A DNA stretch of 55,266 nt from a virus (lineage: Duplodnaviria; Caudoviricetes), in the IMG/VR virus record IMGVR_UViG_3300008108_000110, positions 1-55,266 of that record; one strand, given 5' to 3'. Both the position numbers and the translations under genes were made by a program. Below are positions 1 to 9,998 of this stretch, in pieces (the first letter of the stretch is position 1; every line of letters starts with the position of its first letter). The notes under the pieces were generated by a model that had not been told where the DNA came from, did not search any database, and was given only the letters and a program-made list of their open reading frames with translations.

Positions 1-50
1 TATATTGGACCAAAATTTTTCAATTTGTATGCTGATTTATTTTTGTCCAT
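1..50 (-). CDS. 5' end of a further gene of the glycan cluster (partial, runs off window), possibly a glycosyltransferase
   Basis: ATG at 50-48 overlaps the end of the epimerase gene; reads MDKNKSAYKLKNFGPI open to the window edge. Confidence 0.5.
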   Translation of the reverse strand, partial: MDKNKSAYKLKNFGPI

Positions 51-933
51 CAATCCAATCCTTTAAATTTACTTTTGGTTCCCATCCAAATACTTTTTTA
101 ATTTTAGAATTATCCGCAAGGGTAATTCTAGTTTCTCCAATTCTAGGAGAAACATATTCTACATTATCAGAAATAAATGCAGCAACCTCATTAATTGAAT
201 AATTTTTTCCAGTTCCTACATTATAAACTTCACCATAATACACATCTTCAGTGTTTGAAATTGCAGACATAATATTAGCATTTACAATATCACTAACGTG
301 AGTGAAGTCACGTCTTTGTTCTCCATCTCCAACAATAGTTAGCGATTCTCCATTTTTTCTTTGCCTTAAGAAAATACCAACAACTGGAGCGTATTGCCCC
401 CTAAGAGGTTGGCGTTCTCCATAAACATTGAAATATCTAAAACAAATAGTTTTTAACCCATACAAATTATTATACATTTTGCAGAGTTTTTCTCCACTAA
501 CTTTAGAAACGGAATAAGGATTCAAACAATCATCTGGTTGAGTTTCTACGTTTGGAAATGGATTCATTCCATATGCAGAAGAAGTAGAAGAGTATAAAAC
601 TTTTTTAACTTTTGCTTCTCTTGAGCACTGCAGTACAGTTGCAGTTCCAACAGAATTGATACTTACTGCTTCTATTGGATTAAGAATCGCAGGTTGGATA
701 CGAGCTTCTGCAGCAAGATGAAAAACATAATCTACTCCATCATAAAGTGGGCGTGTGTTTTCATAATCACGAATATCATACTTGAAATTTTTTGATTTAT
801 CGTTCCAATAAAATTGATCGTGAGCTTCCGAAAATTCATTATCAATAACAATGACCTCGTGCCCCAAATTGATCAATGCATCTACAAGATTAGATCCAAT
901 AAATCCTGCTCCTCCGGTTACCAAACTTTTCAT
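37..933 (-). CDS. NAD-dependent nucleotide-sugar epimerase/dehydratase (extended SDR, WcaG/GalE-like)
   Basis: TGGAGFIG Rossmann motif, YSVSK catalytic YxxxK, RYFNVYG, GDGEQRRDF. Confidence 0.95.
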   Translation of the reverse strand: MKSLVTGGAGFIGSNLVDALINLGHEVIVIDNEFSEAHDQFYWNDKSKNFKYDIRDYENTRPLYDGVDYVFHLAAEARIQPAILNPIEAVSINSVGTATVLQCSREAKVKKVLYSSTSSAYGMNPFPNVETQPDDCLNPYSVSKVSGEKLCKMYNNLYGLKTICFRYFNVYGERQPLRGQYAPVVGIFLRQRKNGESLTIVGDGEQRRDFTHVSDIVNANIMSAISNTEDVYYGEVYNVGTGKNYSINEVAAFISDNVEYVSPRIGETRITLADNSKIKKVFGWEPKVNLKDWIDGQK

Positions 934-1736
934 AGAGTATTATTCCTAATAGATTTAATCCACCAACTAACTTTAAGTTTATCCATATTAAATGTTTTAT
1001 CAGAAAATTCTTGAAGTTTTTTATTTAAAAATTGCTCATTTACTTCTTTAAATGATTCAACTACAACAACAGGAAGATCCGTTAAACATTTACAATAGAT
1101 ATTATTCTCGACAATAGGAATTATACCATGATACATAGATTCCCACAAACGATGGGTATCAATACCATTTCCTCTTGGACAAAGAATAAATTTATGATTA
1201 TCTAATTGTGATTTATATTTCTCTAATGTTAAATTTGGTTGATCTACAGAACACCATTCATTGGTTTCAAAATGATCATAAATCCATTTTCTATCTTTAG
1301 GATAAGTTTCAACTCTATGATTAACATATAAAAGTTTTTCTGGTGATCCACTTTTCACTAAATTATCATATTTTAAAGTAATTGGACAATAATCATTTGC
1401 AAGTCCAATTGGAATTGGGATCAAATCTGGATGATCATAATCTACATTTTGTGCATACCATTTAGAGATGCATTTTGGTTTTGTTGAAAATAAGTTTTCA
1501 TCAACAGCATAATCACCTTCATGTGTTATCAATTTTATATCTTTGATTTCATCTTCATCTCCAAGAGTATCGAATAAAAGAGGAACTAAATCAATTTTAC
1601 AAAAAAGGATATTATCATCATCTAATTCAAAATTTTCATTCACATAAGTTTTATGAGTTCCGTTTTCGGGGATGGTTTCCGAAAAAATAACATCAGATTG
1701 TTTGGCAAAATTGAAACCACTTAAAAAATCATTCAT
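930..1736 (-). CDS. Exostosin (GT47)-like glycosyltransferase
   Basis: C-terminal KFILCPRGNGIDTHRLWES...IPIV motif typical of exostosin-family proteins. Confidence 0.75.
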   Translation of the reverse strand: MNDFLSGFNFAKQSDVIFSETIPENGTHKTYVNENFELDDDNILFCKIDLVPLLFDTLGDEDEIKDIKLITHEGDYAVDENLFSTKPKCISKWYAQNVDYDHPDLIPIPIGLANDYCPITLKYDNLVKSGSPEKLLYVNHRVETYPKDRKWIYDHFETNEWCSVDQPNLTLEKYKSQLDNHKFILCPRGNGIDTHRLWESMYHGIIPIVENNIYCKCLTDLPVVVVESFKEVNEQFLNKKLQEFSDKTFNMDKLKVSWWIKSIRNNTL

Positions 1737-2386
1737 CGTATTCTTTCTCCTGTTTTCTCTCCACTATAAAGTGGTTCATCATTTTCATTATATCCTTGTC
1801 CAATGAAATGCATTTTATCTCTAGTTTCCATCATCCAATCTACTTCTAGAAATCCATGAATCATAGAATCCTTTTCGGCATCTTTCCAAACAATATCCTT
1901 TAAAAATATTTGATCTGATGTATAAAAATGGTGCTTTGCATAATTTTCCATAGTAGAGAGAATGCTATCATCCATTTTACCTTTCATTCCCCACATACCA
2001 GCAAGCATTGGCCAATCATAATGCGGATAATGATCCCTAATGATAGAAAACTTTTTATCGCTTTCTAACCATTCATTAACACATCTAACTTCTCTTTCGG
2101 AAAGTCTAGAATCACTATCTCTAGATAACACAATGTCATCATCATTTTGAAACATAGAATAAAATCTCCAAAATGCTCCAAATATAGATTCATCTTCGAC
2201 TTGTGCTAATTCTACATTTGGAAGTTTCAACATATCTTCAACATAATGTGTTGGAACTGTCCCATCAACAAAAATTCTACAAACCCAATCAGGAAATAAT
2301 TCTTGTGCTATTTGGGCATTTTTAATTGCACCAATAGAATACGCTGGATTATTTCCCCATACACTAATTGATATGATCTTTGCCAT
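1733..2386 (-). CDS. putative glycosyltransferase
   Basis: ISISVWG..Y..GAIKNA N-terminus, WRF, SRDSDSR (DxD-like), IIRDH, MLAGMWG; glycan cluster context. Confidence 0.6.
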   Translation of the reverse strand: MAKIISISVWGNNPAYSIGAIKNAQIAQELFPDWVCRIFVDGTVPTHYVEDMLKLPNVELAQVEDESIFGAFWRFYSMFQNDDDIVLSRDSDSRLSEREVRCVNEWLESDKKFSIIRDHYPHYDWPMLAGMWGMKGKMDDSILSTMENYAKHHFYTSDQIFLKDIVWKDAEKDSMIHGFLEVDWMMETRDKMHFIGQGYNENDEPLYSGEKTGERIR

Positions 2387-3765
2387 TATTGAAAATATTC
2401 AGCAAGTTTTTCTCTATCATATTTGCTACCTTTGATAAGAGCAAATGCGGTTTTCAACTCATCATCAAGAGTTCTCCAAACTTCTTGCATTTCCTTTCCA
2501 GCAACATCTTTATTGTAGTTTGTTCCTGGTGGATGGTCAATTGTATGATTATAATCACGAATTACTGGACGACCATTAACAAAACAAATAGAAGCAAGAA
2601 CAATATCCCAACCCCAACCCATTTTGTTATTTGAGAAATCCACATTTCTTGTAGTCATTTCCTGAATAACTTCTTTACGGATAAACCAAACAGTTTCATC
2701 CGTGCAAGCAACCATTTTTATATTTTCGTGGTCTGCTTGAATAGAATCAATATCAGTATTCTCTGAAGAATACCAAGTGTAATCGATATTTGGTGCATAA
2801 ATTCCAGCATCATAATAATCAAAATAGGTCCTTGCATCTTCTACAAGTTTTTCCCAATTATCATAAGAAACATCTCCTTGAACGTGCATCAGGATGTCAC
2901 CATCAAATAATTCAAGTGCTTTTCTGAATTGATCGCTGAAATATGCATCATCACCGAGATCAATCCAACCATCTCTGGTATTATTATCATCACTATTAAT
3001 AACAGTTACTTTATCGAAAATCTTAGAAAGAGATTCTTCTATAGCAAAAGTTTTATCAAATTGATTATTCCAATTAAAAATAAAAGGTTGGATGTTCATA
3101 TAATTTAGTTTAATTAAAGATTTCAGTTGATCAATTTCTTCTTTGTGTTTTGAATATGGTCTAGGGCAGTGTGCATCGATGTAAGATATATCTCGTATTG
3201 TCCAATAGACTCTATCTAGTCTATTTTTTGCCATCCCATATTCCCATTCTCTATTATACTTTACTTTATCAAAAGAACAATTATCAATCCTTTCAGTAAT
3301 GTATAACTCATCCGTATTCCATCCTAACCCTAAAGAATTGAGACGTAAAACGAATTCTTCCCAAGTTTCATCATCATTGTCTAAAGCAATTGAAGAAAGA
3401 ACTTTCCCATATGCAGAAAGATAACACATTGGATATCTTTTACCTTCGTGTGCATCAGAAGAGTATATTACAATTTGATTATCAAACTTTGGAAGTTTTG
3501 ACCAATAATAATTTTGATCAAATGGAAGCATATCAATATCAGTAGTCAAAACTATTCTATCTGGGAATAGTTTTGCTGCATATAATCTAACAATTTGAGA
3601 TTGCAAAGAAGATTCTACTCCAGGAATCAGTGGAAATTGTTCGGTTCCTATCTGTGCATAAAATGGTTCAAATCCCAAAGTTTCCCACATTTCGGAAACT
3701 AAGGGAGAAAACTCAGAATAATCTGGATTACTATCGCTAGAAAATATTGCTATTGGTTTTTGCAT
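2386..3765 (-). CDS. two-domain putative glycosyltransferase (fusion)
   Basis: N-domain with TDIDM (DxD), YPMCY, WNTDE; a second GT-A-like domain begins near MNIQPFIFNW with HVQGDV and GWGWD. Confidence 0.6.
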   Translation of the reverse strand: MQKPIAIFSSDSNPDYSEFSPLVSEMWETLGFEPFYAQIGTEQFPLIPGVESSLQSQIVRLYAAKLFPDRIVLTTDIDMLPFDQNYYWSKLPKFDNQIVIYSSDAHEGKRYPMCYLSAYGKVLSSIALDNDDETWEEFVLRLNSLGLGWNTDELYITERIDNCSFDKVKYNREWEYGMAKNRLDRVYWTIRDISYIDAHCPRPYSKHKEEIDQLKSLIKLNYMNIQPFIFNWNNQFDKTFAIEESLSKIFDKVTVINSDDNNTRDGWIDLGDDAYFSDQFRKALELFDGDILMHVQGDVSYDNWEKLVEDARTYFDYYDAGIYAPNIDYTWYSSENTDIDSIQADHENIKMVACTDETVWFIRKEVIQEMTTRNVDFSNNKMGWGWDIVLASICFVNGRPVIRDYNHTIDHPPGTNYNKDVAGKEMQEVWRTLDDELKTAFALIKGSKYDREKLAEYFQ

Positions 3766-4412
3766 TTTAGTTCATGAATACGATATATGGAATTTTCATC
3801 TCCTTTGTTTAAGATTCTATAATGATAATAAGACATATCTAAATCTTCAGATATATCTTCTGGATCTAAATCAATCCTTTTTGCTGAAGGATTAATTTGG
3901 ACACCCAAAACTTGAGTTACAAATTTTCCTATCATTACATCATCACACCAACCTGGCATTCTATAATTATACAATACATCTTTGTTTTTAACAATTTCTG
4001 TTACCAAGTCTTTTGAAAGAAAATATGCACTACCAGAAGCAAAATTTATTCCATTCAATTCCCCGTGACATCCACAATAAAAGTTTTCCAATGGTTTATC
4101 TTCTAAAAACTCACTGACAAGATTTAAATCAAAATATCCTGTAGAATTGCATCTGAAAACATAATCAAAATCTGACTCTAAAAATGTCTCATAAGCAGAA
4201 AGAGTTTTATATGGGCAAATATCCAAAGATTCTCTTCTATTAACATAAAAAGAATCGTTTCCATCCCAAAAAATATTATCACCCCCACCATACATAAAAA
4301 TTGTTTTTAGATTTTCTGGAGATCTAGAAGCCCAAGTTTGTTTAGCAGCAGCATCTATAGGACCATAATGACCTTCTTTACAAGCTAAAACTAAATTTAA
4401 AATTCTTTTCAT
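3750..4412 (-). CDS. GT31/galactosyltransferase-like glycosyltransferase
   Basis: QTW, FDYVFRCN, FASGSAYFLS and DDVMIG motifs resemble GT31. Confidence 0.7.
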   Translation of the reverse strand: MKRILNLVLACKEGHYGPIDAAAKQTWASRSPENLKTIFMYGGGDNIFWDGNDSFYVNRRESLDICPYKTLSAYETFLESDFDYVFRCNSTGYFDLNLVSEFLEDKPLENFYCGCHGELNGINFASGSAYFLSKDLVTEIVKNKDVLYNYRMPGWCDDVMIGKFVTQVLGVQINPSAKRIDLDPEDISEDLDMSYYHYRILNKGDENSIYRIHELKCKNQ

Positions 4413-5116
4413 CTTGATAAAAACCTTTTTCTAATATATTCCAAATTATCTTTTTGTATATCATTCCACTTTATCAATGCATCACCATCAATACTATTTG
4501 AAATATCGATACCTTCACACTTACAAATATATCCAATTACTCTTTCAGAAAATTGTCCATGATTAAATGTTTCCGCTTTTATATTTTCCAATACTTTTTT
4601 GTTGTCTAGAAGTTTTACAAAATCGTTTGAATATATTCCCATTGTTCCAAATATTGCATAAAAGTCATTAGAAAAATATCCATTAATATCATTAACATAA
4701 TCAATTTTTTCAAAAATATCATTCATCCATTGAATATATTCTTTCTTAATATCGGAATCTACATTATTTAAAGTGTTTAATGGCGAGCTAAAATGCATAA
4801 AAACTTTAACTCTATCAAGAGAATCAATAAAACTCTGAATTGATTTTTTTAATGATACAGAGTCGTGCATTAAAACATAATAACCCTCATTAGGATACTT
4901 TTCGTATGCGTGTTTTAATGCACCTATTAATCTATATGGATTTGATACATCTAATATTTCTACGTTATCATATTCTTCTATGTCTTTATAATAAGACTTA
5001 TCTTCAGATCCAGAATCAACCAAAACAATTTTTTCTGTTGGATGAATTTCTGTTATAGACTTTATAGAATCTAATATTGGAGAACGAGAATCGTATTTAC
5101 AAGGAATTACAAACAT
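4409..5116 (-). CDS. GT2-like glycosyltransferase
   Basis: FVIPC N-terminus, IVLVDSGSED, YVLMHDS, SER motif. Confidence 0.65.
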   Translation of the reverse strand: MFVIPCKYDSRSPILDSIKSITEIHPTEKIVLVDSGSEDKSYYKDIEEYDNVEILDVSNPYRLIGALKHAYEKYPNEGYYVLMHDSVSLKKSIQSFIDSLDRVKVFMHFSSPLNTLNNVDSDIKKEYIQWMNDIFEKIDYVNDINGYFSNDFYAIFGTMGIYSNDFVKLLDNKKVLENIKAETFNHGQFSERVIGYICKCEGIDISNSIDGDALIKWNDIQKDNLEYIRKRFLSR

Positions 5117-5130
5117 AAAAACTTAATATA

Positions 5131-5934
5131 CTAATTTTCATACCAAATAACGTTCCAGTTATCTAGTTTTGGTTTTAACAACATATTTAGATATGGATTA
5201 TTGCAGTCTGGTCCATCACACTTTCTGTGCCATTCCGTTCTTGAATACGCATGAAGATTGACTTCAACATTCTTCATAAGATTTTTTGATTGTAAATGGT
5301 AAACAAAAAGAGCAACAGAATTTTCAATCAAATGAACTTCTTTTGCATTTTCAATAACTTTTACTGTATCTACAAAATTTGAAGACAATCGATGTAAATT
5401 TACAATACATTTATTGTTAACGTATTTTTTGTTTATGTAAAATGGATCATAATCACAAATAACAGCATAATCAGATTCAAGTTTTAAAGAATCAAATAAG
5501 TCTTTTTCATCATCAACCAATCGTTCAAAATAAAAATTATCAATTCTCATTGAACGAGGGATCCCCATATGAACATAGAACTGTGATGCATTATCTGGTA
5601 TTTCCAGTTCATCTAGATCTATGTTAAGTGCTGTTCCGATTTTTCTAAGTTTATTGTAATAATTTCCATCATAATTTCCTTCGTAATAATAAATCTCTCC
5701 AACTCTAGTATCAATAATATCAAAAGAATCGTTACTTAAACATCTATCGTAATATTCTACAAATCCCAAAGGAATGACATTTTTATTATCGTGAAATAAA
5801 GACTGGACAAAAGAACCGCAAAGATCCGTTACCACAAAAACTCTTTTATATTTCTCCAAAAGAAATCTGATCATTCCATTATTAGAGATATAATCCCCAA
5901 TAGCATCATAACCAATAAAAAATATATCTTTCAT
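5131..5934 (-). CDS. hypothetical protein, possibly GT-B fold glycosyltransferase-like
   Basis: AIGDYI..NGMIR N-terminus and IENAKEVHLIENS near the C-terminus resemble GT9-like proteins; cluster context. Confidence 0.45.
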   Translation of the reverse strand: MKDIFFIGYDAIGDYISNNGMIRFLLEKYKRVFVVTDLCGSFVQSLFHDNKNVIPLGFVEYYDRCLSNDSFDIIDTRVGEIYYYEGNYDGNYYNKLRKIGTALNIDLDELEIPDNASQFYVHMGIPRSMRIDNFYFERLVDDEKDLFDSLKLESDYAVICDYDPFYINKKYVNNKCIVNLHRLSSNFVDTVKVIENAKEVHLIENSVALFVYHLQSKNLMKNVEVNLHAYSRTEWHRKCDGPDCNNPYLNMLLKPKLDNWNVIWYEN

Positions 5935-6377
5935 ATAAAGGAAGGATAATCAGTACAAACAGCAAAAGCACCATCAAAACACGTAGTATCGGTCAATCCA
6001 ACAATATCATCCTTACCAATCAAAGGTATAATAACATTATTATCAATTTTCATAGAAAGATCGTGCAACCAAATCTTTCCAGTTGTAGTGTAAGTAAAGG
6101 GATCATTAGTATGACAAAATGAATGATATGCCCAACATTCGACTGCTGCTTCAATGTTCTTACAATGCAACCATAGATAATGTCTACGTTTATCTAACCA
6201 ATTATGGTCAACCTTATATTGAGGTTCATCGTGACCCAACCAGAGTTCACCATTAATTGAACGAACATCAATCTCTACGTGATATCCATTACCAATCGCA
6301 CAATCAATATAACTGGGACGATTTTCTTTATCTGGTATTGGACCACGAATATTTCCTCGATGAGAAATGATTATCAT
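5931..6377 (-). CDS. PLC-like/GDPD-like phosphodiesterase
   Basis: ISHRGN, EN, VEIDV, LGHD, HCKN, CTDY motifs. Confidence 0.75.
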   Translation of the reverse strand: MIIISHRGNIRGPIPDKENRPSYIDCAIGNGYHVEIDVRSINGELWLGHDEPQYKVDHNWLDKRRHYLWLHCKNIEAAVECWAYHSFCHTNDPFTYTTTGKIWLHDLSMKIDNNVIIPLIGKDDIVGLTDTTCFDGAFAVCTDYPSFI

Positions 6378-6685
6378 AGTTCTTCAATCCTCAATGCTTT
6401 ATCTTCAATAAACAAATCATAAAATGGTTTATCTGTTCGCAACTCGTGATACTTTGCGCCCCATTCAGAAAGTTGTTGGCGTGTAAGTTCGGTCCAATCA
6501 ATTTGCTTCCTAGATCCACGAGCAGTCCAATAAACTATTGTATGACCTTCATCATATAATTTATTGATTTTTTTAATATTCTCTACTATAGGTTTTGCTT
6601 TTGTATAATCGTGAGTTGTCCCAAAATCAACAGAAGTTTCCCGATGACAAATGGTTTCGTCAATATCAACATAAATGACTTTCAT
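6374..6685 (-). CDS. small HAD-family phosphatase (capsule biosynthesis phosphatase-like)
   Basis: DIDETIC motif I, WTARG motif II, KP..D.FIEDKA motifs III/IV. Confidence 0.85.
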   Translation of the reverse strand: MKVIYVDIDETICHRETSVDFGTTHDYTKAKPIVENIKKINKLYDEGHTIVYWTARGSRKQIDWTELTRQQLSEWGAKYHELRTDKPFYDLFIEDKALRIEEL

Positions 6686-7347
6686 TGATACATATTTCTC
6701 CTATATTTTTCATTTGGACAAGTATCAACATCAGCAACTTCTTGTCTGGTAAAAAACTTAACTCCACCTAGAAGTTTTGCTCCGATAAAAATATCGGCAG
6801 ATTTTTCACACATTAAAGTTGCAGCGGCACAATCTTTTTTAGATGTAGATGCTGTGATTATACCATGGTTTTGAAGTAGAATCAACTTAGGAAAAAATCC
6901 TTCGTGATATACAAATTTCGATACGTGTCTCTCTATCAATTTTAATATAGGTTCTCCTGGTGGTGCATAAGGAACCACACATGATTTTGTTCCATTTCTA
7001 ACAATTTGATCTGGAAACCATCTATTATTTGCGAATTGATATAATTGTTTTGAACAAAGAATCTTTGTTGTATTCGGTGGATGTGTGTGAGCAATAAAAT
7101 TTATTTCAGGAAAAGTTCTCATAATCCAAGCGTGAAATGATGTTTCAATACTTGGTTTTTTCTGCAAAAGTTCTATTTGAACTCCTCTAACATTACATAA
7201 AGTCAAGTCTTCTTCAGATAATGTATGAAGACTTGTTCCACTTGCCTTAATCAAAAAAGTATTTTCATCTTGGCGCATAGAAACATTTCCTTCACCACAA
7301 ATAGTATAATCACTAATTTCGTGTGCTAGATCTAATATTTCAGACAT
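6682..7347 (-). CDS. class II aldolase/adducin family protein
   Basis: GEGNVS, IKASG, KPSIE..FH, AHTHP, LQNHG zinc ligands. Confidence 0.9.
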   Translation of the reverse strand: MSEILDLAHEISDYTICGEGNVSMRQDENTFLIKASGTSLHTLSEEDLTLCNVRGVQIELLQKKPSIETSFHAWIMRTFPEINFIAHTHPPNTTKILCSKQLYQFANNRWFPDQIVRNGTKSCVVPYAPPGEPILKLIERHVSKFVYHEGFFPKLILLQNHGIITASTSKKDCAAATLMCEKSADIFIGAKLLGGVKFFTRQEVADVDTCPNEKYRRNMYQ

Positions 7348-8443
7348 CTTTAATGAAGGTTTCTAGGGTATTTAGATTTACTTTCCAAGGTGAGTTTAGA
7401 CCACCAGAAATAGAAAGAGATCCATCACTTTCAACAGTCTCTTCAACCTTCTCAACAAACTCAGTATCATTAAAATGATGAAGTTGAGTATGCATCATTG
7501 AATATTCAAAGCGAGTATTAACATCAAAAAATAGAGGACTATTAATTGAAATCACTTTTGTTTCTGGTGGTGAGAAAATTACATTACACATACCACCACC
7601 AATAGGACCAGCAACATACTTTGCAGAATTAAATAGTCCTATCTTTTCTTTCATAGTCATATTTTCGCAGAAGACTTCTTCATATCCATAAGACTTAAAG
7701 AGTTCTGCAACTTCATCTTCATTTACACAACGGCGGCGTTCGGTGTAGTTTGTACCAATATTTTCAAAGTTATTATGCAACCAAGTTCTACGCGAAATAT
7801 AAATCTTCTCTGGTCCTTGATAATCACCCTTCATACGATTAATAATATCAAATACTCCTGCGTGTGGTGGTGTATTTGAAAAACCATTATGAGTCAATGA
7901 AGATCCAACTACAACAGTATTATATAAGGTATCTGGGTTAAGAAACACAACATCTTTCTTTCTTATTCCCAAGAGTTCAAGACATTCCCAAACAAAAGGA
8001 TATAAATCATCTTTTCCTTCTGGTGGACTTACTAAAAGTTTGAGGTCTGGATGAATTTCTTTCTCATTAAAGTATGAGTAAAGATAAGGTAATGTATCAT
8101 AGATGAAGTGGTAATAGTTCGCCATATTATACACAAAATAAAATACAGGAATTGAACAAAAGTTCTTAAAGTGGAATGGATGATCTACTTCATACGTCAT
8201 CGTTTCTTCATAAACTGTACCACGCCCAAGAGACATAAACATCTCTTTTGTTGGAAGAATTAACTTATGAGTTTGATGAGAATAAATTAGTGGTTGTGGA
8301 TAATGCTTTGATAATCCAGTAAATTGGCAGGAAAAGAAATATGCAACTTCTATGCTTCTACCATTTTCGTCATTTTCTTTTATTAGTCTAGTTCTTCCAG
8401 AATTCCAATATTCAATTGGTAAAATAGTCTTTTGAGTAGTCAT
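7340..8443 (-). CDS. GT61 (DUF563) glycosyltransferase
   Basis: NYYHFIYDTLP, KIYISR, RRCVNEDEV, F..A..VAGPIGGGMCN.IF; start taken at MTTQK. Confidence 0.85.
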   Translation of the reverse strand: MTTQKTILPIEYWNSGRTRLIKENDENGRSIEVAYFFSCQFTGLSKHYPQPLIYSHQTHKLILPTKEMFMSLGRGTVYEETMTYEVDHPFHFKNFCSIPVFYFVYNMANYYHFIYDTLPYLYSYFNEKEIHPDLKLLVSPPEGKDDLYPFVWECLELLGIRKKDVVFLNPDTLYNTVVVGSSLTHNGFSNTPPHAGVFDIINRMKGDYQGPEKIYISRRTWLHNNFENIGTNYTERRRCVNEDEVAELFKSYGYEEVFCENMTMKEKIGLFNSAKYVAGPIGGGMCNVIFSPPETKVISINSPLFFDVNTRFEYSMMHTQLHHFNDTEFVEKVEETVESDGSLSISGGLNSPWKVNLNTLETFIKDV

Positions 8444-9974
8444 AAGGATGCCAATCAACTTTATCGAAAAATCTTTGCCAATATTCGTAAGTTTTTAAAT
8501 CGTTGGGAGTTCCCCAACAAATGTATTCATCAACAGTAAAGTTCTTAACTTTATATCCCATTTCAATAGCAGAATTGATGAGATTATCTACATAATATTC
8601 ACCATTTGTTGTGGTATTAGTGGAATAAAGATGCTTTAGTGGTTCAATAAATTTTTCTTTATTTCTAAAGAACATTGTTCCAACAATAGCATTTCCTTTT
8701 AGAGGATCATCTCCTTTAAATTCTTTAACATTTACTTTTGTAATATTTCCATCAGGATCAATATCTAACCAAGAATACATATTTGGATTATACTTACTGG
8801 CATAATTTTTAGTATAACTCCAAACTATAATGTCATTGGATTCGTCATTTACTAAGTCAGTAAATTCAAATGTATCATAAAAAACTCCATTATCACAAGC
8901 AGAGATTAAAATTGATAATTTTGGATCAACGTTTTCCAAAATCTTTTCACAAGTACAAGCCTGACCTTGAAGTATTTCATCAATCCATACTATTTCACCA
9001 TTCAAATCAATAAACTCTTGATGATCTTTTAAACATCCATATATCACATTATCCGTTTTGGGTAAGCATCTTACTGCTTGATATACCATTCGTTTTCCAT
9101 TAATTGGAATAAAAGGTTTTGGTACATCATACCCTTCAGACTTAAATCTACTTCCAGCACCAGCCATCGGAAGTACCGTTACAGAATCAACTAAAACTGC
9201 TCTTGGTATTTGAAATAACGATTTAATATTATAAGAAGACCACTTTCTATAAAAATCTAAATCTGATGGTGTCCCCCATTGCAACATATGGGGGACTTCA
9301 AAAACAAAAGAGTTCAATCCATCTTTATTAAGTAGATTATAAATTAAACTTACATAATACTCCCCATTAATATTGACATCTTCATCCATTAATTGCTGGA
9401 AGTATTTTTTTACATAAGAACCTTTTCTAAAATAATATGTCCCAGTAGATGCAAATTCAGACATTTTATTGTCTGTAAATGGTTGCTTTTCCCTAATTTC
9501 TAATATTTTATTATTATCTTCTACTTTACAGAATGCATAATTATCGCTACCTAGCATATGTGGATGGAATCCAGTATAACAAACTACTGCCCCATCACAC
9601 TGAGTATCATTTATGAATTTTTCAAATTCATCATAATTCCAATACATTGAGAAATCACAGTAATTTACTATGACTTGCTCATCATCTTCGATAATATCAA
9701 AGATCTTTGACACAGTATAAACTGGTCCCAATTTGTGAGATGGTATGCTCAATATAGTTTTATTTTCAACTAAATCATTCAAAACTTCTTGAATATTTGT
9801 GGTTTTAGAATGAATATCATTTACTATAAAAACAAATTCAGAATCTTTTGGGAAAAGATCTACGATATGTTCTATTACCGTTTTCCCATCTACCTCAATT
9901 AAGTATTTTGGTTCAGTATATCCAGCAGCAGAAAATCTGCTACTCATACCAGACATTGGAATTATAATTTTCAT
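8412..9974 (-). CDS. tandem two-domain sugar-phosphate nucleotidyltransferase
   Basis: Two repeats of IPM(S/A)G..SRF...PK...NGEYYV...WGTP.DL. Confidence 0.9.
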   Translation of the reverse strand: MKIIIPMSGMSSRFSAAGYTEPKYLIEVDGKTVIEHIVDLFPKDSEFVFIVNDIHSKTTNIQEVLNDLVENKTILSIPSHKLGPVYTVSKIFDIIEDDEQVIVNYCDFSMYWNYDEFEKFINDTQCDGAVVCYTGFHPHMLGSDNYAFCKVEDNNKILEIREKQPFTDNKMSEFASTGTYYFRKGSYVKKYFQQLMDEDVNINGEYYVSLIYNLLNKDGLNSFVFEVPHMLQWGTPSDLDFYRKWSSYNIKSLFQIPRAVLVDSVTVLPMAGAGSRFKSEGYDVPKPFIPINGKRMVYQAVRCLPKTDNVIYGCLKDHQEFIDLNGEIVWIDEILQGQACTCEKILENVDPKLSILISACDNGVFYDTFEFTDLVNDESNDIIVWSYTKNYASKYNPNMYSWLDIDPDGNITKVNVKEFKGDDPLKGNAIVGTMFFRNKEKFIEPLKHLYSTNTTTNGEYYVDNLINSAIEMGYKVKNFTVDEYICWGTPNDLKTYEYWQRFFDKVDWHPYDYSKDYFTN

Positions 9975-9998
9975 ATATTCTTTCGTATTGAATTATAT

